From Phoronis australis (lineage: Eukaryota; Animalia; Phoronida), in the NCBI GenBank assembly GCA_002633005.1, contig NMRA01000472.1, positions 280,512 to 344,398 on the forward strand: DNA of 63,887 nt, written 5' to 3'. Position numbers and translations under genes: made by a program. Below are positions 60,601 through 63,887 of this stretch, in pieces (within the stretch, counting starts at the first letter, position 1; each line of letters begins with the position of its first letter). The notes beneath the pieces are model-generated. The model saw only the letters and a program-made list of their open reading frames with translations. It was not told the origin of the DNA and made no database searches.

Positions 60601-61937
60601 GTTGTTACTAAACATGCAAGTGTATTCTTGGGAACTTTTTTGAAATTGACTTTTGAACATCTGTAGATGGGTTTAATGTAAAGTTCCCCTTGCCCCCAGA
60701 AAGTAGCCACGGAGGTGAAAGATAGGAGAGCTGAGACTATGGCCTAATATCCTCATTTCGTAACTTTAAAACACAGTGAAAATTCTATACCAAGAAGAAA
60801 ATAATTCTTAAGGACACTGCAAACAGGAGCTCTACCAGCTCAGCTGACTGACTCAAATGGTTAACAGCTGAACTGACAGCTCACATCAAGTTGCGAACAT
60901 CTGAATAAACTCACGGCTATATCCTTTAATTGTTGTATGTTCACGCCTTCACTAGAGCAAGAGAGTAGACCTTGTAAATCTCCATCTGCAGTGTCCAGGC
61001 CTTATAATAGGAGATTGACTAACCTTCCTTTAATTCCTAATTTGACCTACGTTAACAACACAGCAGTAACGCAGTGGAGAAAATTTTGAAAAAAGCATGG
61101 CACCAACAAGTAACTGCAATGGCGTCAAAACGAGGCAAGAGAAGTACTGTGATTGACGGATGTTAGAGCATTGTGTGTAAACGCCGTGAGACTCAAGAGT
61201 AACTATGTAATCAAGGACTATCCTATTCCAGTAATTCCGACATTCAGTTCCGCTTGGACTGTGCTGTTGTGATGGGGAATTCCTAGTCATTTTGCCCGAT
61301 TTTTGTTGATAATTTACCTTGTCCAAATTCTGTTCGTTGATCCTAACCAAAAGAGCCTCCAGCGCAGGCCTGTTCAGATGAAGTTGTCGGTACAAGCGGT
61401 CTGCCTTCTCTTGCAATGTGTTGATAGTGGCAATGGCCTGAAAGAGGGCATGTTGCAGCTTATATGAGGAGTATTGTCACATCACTAAGTTATCTCAGCT
61501 ATAAGGACTGTGCAATTACACCACTTAAAAAAAGAAATAAAACTAATAAATTTTGTCTTCATCTTCAGATCTCAGTTTGGTAAAAGATGGAAGCTTATGT
61601 CATATGGAAGAAAATTAAATTTCCAGTTTAACCCCATGTCTCTAACAAAATGTCCGCCACTACTAACAGTAAGGAAGCTAGGCTGAAAGGTAGGGAGAAA
61701 ACTCCCAATTTTCATTGCTCATAAGACACTTCACCACAAGTGTCAGTAATGACCACCATCACTATCCTCAATACAACATTCCAACAATCTCCAGTCACCT
61801 TCTTGCGATCTTCTTCGTTCTCAATAGGGTCGACTGCACAGCAGGGCCGGGCGGTCAAGGTGAAGTCAAACTTGGCGTACTTGCAGAAGCCACAGGCATT
61901 GCACAGGAATGGGTCCTTCTCGTCATAGTTGATGGAT
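30608..61937 (-). CDS. UBR4: E3 ubiquitin-protein ligase UBR4 (p600), last 33 coding exons; 5' part outside the window
   Basis: Diagnostic peptides [68 protein letters not shown] and [14 protein letters not shown]. All 33 exons have GT-AG boundaries and matching phases, 4540 nt in total to the TAA. Confidence 0.97.
30790..31152. repeat. Degenerate tandem repeat in the last UBR4 intron
   Basis: Recurrent CATCTGC-AGACCATGGGATGTCACTAGC-like units. Confidence 0.75.
31618..31777 (-). CDS. UBR4: UBR4 exon
   Basis: [10 protein letters not shown]...[18 protein letters not shown]. Confidence 0.92.
32153..32246 (-). CDS. UBR4: UBR4 exon
   Basis: [31 protein letters not shown]. Confidence 0.9.
32579..32718 (-). 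CDS. UBR4: UBR4 exon
   Basis: VESALYW...[10 protein letters not shown]. Confidence 0.92.
32825..34248. repeat. 36-bp minisatellite, about 39.5 identical copies
   Basis: Unit AACCTACCAAACTCATATGGTTTATAATCTATCCA(A); the pattern recurs every 180 nt (5 units) and ends at a single N (34249). Confidence 0.98.
34346..34430 (-). CDS. UBR4: UBR4 exon
   Basis: [28 protein letters not shown]. Confidence 0.93.
35177..35371 (-). CDS. UBR4: UBR4 exon
   Basis: [10 protein letters not shown]...[11 protein letters not shown]...[14 protein letters not shown]. Confidence 0.95.
35759..35887 (-). CDS. UBR4: UBR4 exon
   Basis: [29 protein letters not shown]. Confidence 0.95.
36120..36253 (-). CDS. UBR4: UBR4 exon (second half of C-terminal zinc finger / hemiRING)
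   Basis: [10 protein letters not shown]...[18 protein letters not shown]. Confidence 0.95.
36778..36900 (-). CDS. UBR4: UBR4 exon (first half of C-terminal zinc finger / hemiRING)
   Basis: TNEQGQV...[20 protein letters not shown]. Confidence 0.95.
37284..37909. repeat. 45-bp minisatellite, about 14 copies
   Basis: Unit ACTAAATCATAGTGTTCAAGTTGTTACAGAAATGAACAGATTATT with point variants. Confidence 0.97.
38442..38531 (-). CDS. UBR4: UBR4 exon
   Basis: [30 protein letters not shown]. Confidence 0.95.
39035..39250. repeat. 43-bp tandem repeat, 5 copies
   Basis: ATGGGTAGTAAGAAACTGACTATGAT... at 39035, 39078, 39121, 39164 and 39207. Confidence 0.95.
39860..39988 (-). CDS. UBR4: UBR4 exon
   Basis: [24 protein letters not shown]. 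Confidence 0.94.
40325..40424 (-). CDS. UBR4: UBR4 exon
   Basis: [25 protein letters not shown]. Confidence 0.92.
40709..40818 (-). CDS. UBR4: UBR4 exon
   Basis: [18 protein letters not shown]...YIKRHAP. Confidence 0.92.
41731..41803 (-). CDS. UBR4: UBR4 exon
   Basis: [24 protein letters not shown]. Confidence 0.92.
41824..42043. repeat. 51-bp tandem repeat, about 4 copies
   Basis: TGACTTAACCCCTGACCTTGAGTGAAGTGGGGACACCTACAGGTCACTCCA. Confidence 0.95.
42228..42418 (-). CDS. UBR4: UBR4 exon
   Basis: [13 protein letters not shown]...IPFLAFGE...HFQPYLNFD. Confidence 0.93.
42769..42891 (-). CDS. UBR4: UBR4 exon
   Basis: ALLAEQES...[15 protein letters not shown]. Confidence 0.92.
43164..43331 (-). 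CDS. UBR4: UBR4 exon
   Basis: [16 protein letters not shown]...MLGALNL. Confidence 0.93.
43849..44004 (-). CDS. UBR4: UBR4 exon
   Basis: [21 protein letters not shown]...CGGLQ. Confidence 0.95.
44611..44694 (-). CDS. UBR4: UBR4 exon
   Basis: [22 protein letters not shown]. Confidence 0.95.
45021..45064 (-). CDS. UBR4: UBR4 exon
   Basis: [14 protein letters not shown]. Confidence 0.93.
45283..45526. repeat. Tandem repeat of about 73 bp, about 3 copies
   Basis: CATCCAAGTGAGACAGTTGGTATCACAGACAGCATGCCTCTGAGTGTGAAACA recurs. Confidence 0.85.
45542..45695 (-). CDS. UBR4: UBR4 exon
   Basis: [45 protein letters not shown]. Confidence 0.96.
46987..47108 (-). CDS. UBR4: UBR4 exon
   Basis: [15 protein letters not shown]...[14 protein letters not shown]. 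Confidence 0.95.
47361..47616 (-). CDS. UBR4: UBR4 exon
   Basis: [17 protein letters not shown]...[20 protein letters not shown]. Confidence 0.95.
47858..47910. repeat. Imperfect (TAA)n microsatellite
   Basis: tagtaataataataataatagttataataataatagtaacaataatagtaaca. Confidence 0.85.
48377..48518 (-). CDS. UBR4: UBR4 exon
   Basis: [12 protein letters not shown]...WKYYLALK...LITK. Confidence 0.92.
48630..49981. mobile_element. Kolobok-like non-autonomous element spanning an assembly gap
   Basis: TTAA|AGTCCCTATAAAATG ... CATTATGTAGGGTCT|TTAA: imperfect TIRs with TTAA on both sides. Confidence 0.5.
48958..49616. other. Assembly gap (659 N)
   Basis: Run of N. Confidence 1.
50192..50345 (-). CDS. 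UBR4: UBR4 exon
   Basis: [17 protein letters not shown]...EMLDLMT. Confidence 0.9.
50888..51105. repeat. 33-bp tandem repeat, about 6.5 copies
   Basis: CACTACACTGGGACACTCACACCATCACTGTCC variants abutting a UBR4 donor site. Confidence 0.95.
51110..51223 (-). CDS. UBR4: UBR4 exon
   Basis: [17 protein letters not shown]. Confidence 0.88.
51731..52037. mobile_element. hAT-like element end running into a gap; second copy of the end at 63848-63872
   Basis: Begins CAGGGCTTG. The 25-bp GCTTGGAATGACCAATGACAAAAAA recurs identically near the window end. Confidence 0.45.
52038..52263. other. Assembly gap (226 N)
   Basis: Run of N. Confidence 1.
52343..52475 (-). CDS. UBR4: UBR4 exon
   Basis: [10 protein letters not shown]...[15 protein letters not shown]; phases fit neighbours. 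Confidence 0.88.
52952..53079 (-). CDS. UBR4: UBR4 exon
   Basis: MQLFL...[30 protein letters not shown]. Confidence 0.92.
53105..53400. repeat. Tandem repeat of about 60 bp, about 5 copies
   Basis: GGGAACAGAATCATTCACCTGGTGGTGAAGTGTGACA recurs. Confidence 0.9.
53700..53950. repeat. Tandem repeat of about 68 bp, about 3.5 copies
   Basis: GAGACAGGCGCACACAAACCAGCAGTCAGTCACGTCAACACGG recurs. Confidence 0.9.
55991..56367 (-). CDS. UBR4: UBR4 exon
   Basis: [21 protein letters not shown]...[11 protein letters not shown]. Confidence 0.93.
56750..56965. repeat. Polypurine (GGA/GAG-rich) low-complexity tract
   Basis: More than 200 nt almost entirely G/A on the plus strand, with many GGG runs. Confidence 0.9.
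57038..57225 (-). CDS. UBR4: UBR4 exon
   Basis: [13 protein letters not shown]...ASKRD. Confidence 0.9.
57425..57547 (-). CDS. UBR4: UBR4 exon
   Basis: DDLTG...[28 protein letters not shown]. Confidence 0.92.
57846..60746 (-). mobile_element. Decayed, probably internally deleted Academ(X)-like DNA transposon in a UBR4 intron
   Basis: Imperfect TIRs of about 60 bp with TAG...CTA termini (TAGGCCATAGT...GTGGCTACTTT-TGGGGGCAAG and its inverse). Flanks read ACA and ATA. An internal minus-strand pseudo-ORF has FVCKLY, VNKARY, LPP and a Cys-rich C-terminus. Confidence 0.7.
58427..58840 (-). pseudogene. Stop-riddled C-terminal part of a transposon protein with a Cys-rich (CXC/Cys8-type) zinc finger
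   Basis: [55 protein letters not shown]...[46 protein letters not shown], with 4 in-frame stops. Confidence 0.75.
61318..61437 (-). CDS. UBR4: UBR4 exon
   Basis: [19 protein letters not shown]...NLDK. Confidence 0.92.
61799..61937 (-). CDS. UBR4: UBR4 exon
   Basis: [25 protein letters not shown]...EEDRKK. Confidence 0.95.
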
Positions 61938-63887
61938 CTGGAATGAAAAAGACAACACAACTTAATACGAGGTCTTCAAGCAACTACAAGGTCTAATCCT
62001 CAATGACAACCTATTGCCTAATTCACAGTCCACACAAAAAGAGATTAGATAAAACGAAAGGGAATAGTTGCGACAGCAGGATACCTTCAGAACTGGATAC
62101 CCTCATGACCGAAATGATGGGAAATTTACAGTGAAGTAAATAAGAAAGTTGAAACACCATTCTCCATTGTGATTGGATTACGCGTGCTTTCTTGACGCAG
62201 ATCAAGAATGGGGTCATCCACCCTGTAATAAAGCCCACAAAATACACTCCTTGAAGAAGACCGATTCAGAATATATGGCTGGATCTAACAGTAAACCTAG
62301 TATCCCGCATCTTTTGCTTGTCTGACCAGATTTTCAATTCTAGTGTCCAAGATGGGCGGAGTTCACAGCAATTTCCCTCATTCGCAGAAATTTGGAGACG
62401 TTGAACATTCATGTGGGAGAATTGTTCACATATCTCACCACACATTAGTGCCAGTTTGACTGCACGCTGATCACGAGGGACTAAAAACAGTGCTGGAACT
62501 ATCTCACTGCTGTGACTGATAAGTTCACCGTGTTGCTTAATAAGGCTTTAGCAACCCCGCAAAGTTTGATAAGGCCTGGAAGTATCACTTGTCAACCAAT
62601 CTGAGAAATTCCACTCATGGCACACTTGGGAAGAGAAATAGGACTCCAGGATTTATAATCCAATCAGTTTTAATCATAATTACTAACCCGCATTAGCAGT
62701 AGTCAATTACCGAATATTAATTTCATAATTACTATTTAGTAGATGTACCATAACAGCAGCATCTCAAAACTGATACATGACAAATAATAACATAGACCTC
62801 ATGGACATTAATTTCTCTCTGAAAGGAGGCTTGTACTTGTAACATGACAGATGGTGAGCACTGCAAACTCTTAGTACATAAAACAGCATTCATGCACCAA
62901 ACTAGTCATTAAAATTTTTTCCAATGACAGTCTATTGTAAATTGTAGTTAAAATATCGTCTACGGTCGTGCCTATGGTGAATTTTTCCATCTAAAGTCAT
63001 AAGACGTGTTCTCTAATTAAATGAGGAAAGACTGTCACTAAATGCACTCTACGTTGAACGCAGGTGATCAGGGTTATTATCACGATTTTCTTCTCATTTT
63101 CCGTTGCCCAATAATTAGTGAAATCAATGCAACCTTGTATCCACCAGTTTGCCAGCAGCCAGCCATTTTGTTGGATTCGTGAGCTGTAAACTAGGAATAG
63201 CATTCGAATGTGACACTCATTCAGTCTACCAGAATTTTCATTAATTATGCAGTCAACTCAACATAAGACTTATGCCACAGTGTAGAACACAGTCCATTTG
63301 TAACTCTAGACTTGCATGTAACACACACTCATCACATTGCCTCTTACAGACCATTAAAAGAAACACAATCAAATAACTCTCACTCCACTTAACAAAGAAA
63401 AGTCAGCTGCCCAATTTAGAGCACAACCCAAGGGACACACCGTTAACTGGGCTTTCCAATTAAACCCTCACCACAACAAAAGGACCCAGAAAAGGAAGGA
63501 AACGTGTTTATGGGTGAACTTTGTGGAAAAAAGCAAATTGAAGGAAGCAACGTTTCCAAAACAGCGCTAAAGATGTTTTTTCTGGAACAAAAAGTGACTA
63601 GAAGCAACCGTTGAGGCCCGGGACACTTTAAGAGATACTGACAACTTTGCTGAGGTGAAATGATCAGATATTCACTTCTCTGATTTCTATTCGCAACTCA
63701 AAAAATTACATGAAGTGTAAACAATGTCTACTCCACAAATTTAGAAAGACCAAAAGTAACGCCATTTTTTCACACCGTTTGCAAGTTTTTATAATGATAC
63801 CTTAATTCTTCATTAAGTATTGGTTGTTAATGTCAATGTATTAAAGTGCTTGGAATGACCAATGACAAAAAAGAAAAAAAAATATGC

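Noticed and set aside
1-63887. Prokaryotic operon, defence island, tRNA or rRNA genes
   Set aside because: The window is spliceosomal-intron-rich animal DNA, and I recognised no structured RNA gene.

Overview
Intron-rich invertebrate (metazoan) genomic DNA holding two convergent spliced genes. (1) Plus strand, about 2203-27629: a gene of at least 12 coding exons that I assembled by hand using GT-AG sites and phase matching, giving about 639 aa from the first secure exon. Eight phase-0 exons each encode one ankyrin repeat or cap. They are followed by a linker exon and a FAM111-like trypsin-fold serine protease with an intact His/Asp/Ser triad (TNYH, ELDVAVL, GSSGSPG). Three ankyrin exons arose by local duplication. 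The youngest pair differs by 10 substitutions, all nonsynonymous, while the 122 nt of intron upstream of each differ at only 3 positions. This makes the gene a candidate diversifying sensor-protease. (2) Minus strand, 61937 down to 30608: the last 33 coding exons of UBR4 (about 1512 aa, frame-consistent to the stop codon); the 5' part lies beyond the window. The introns carry many tandem repeats, degenerate copies of exon ends and splice sites, a decayed Academ-like transposon, Harbinger-, Kolobok- and hAT-like non-autonomous elements, and two assembly gaps. All family assignments come from motif recognition; no database searches were run.
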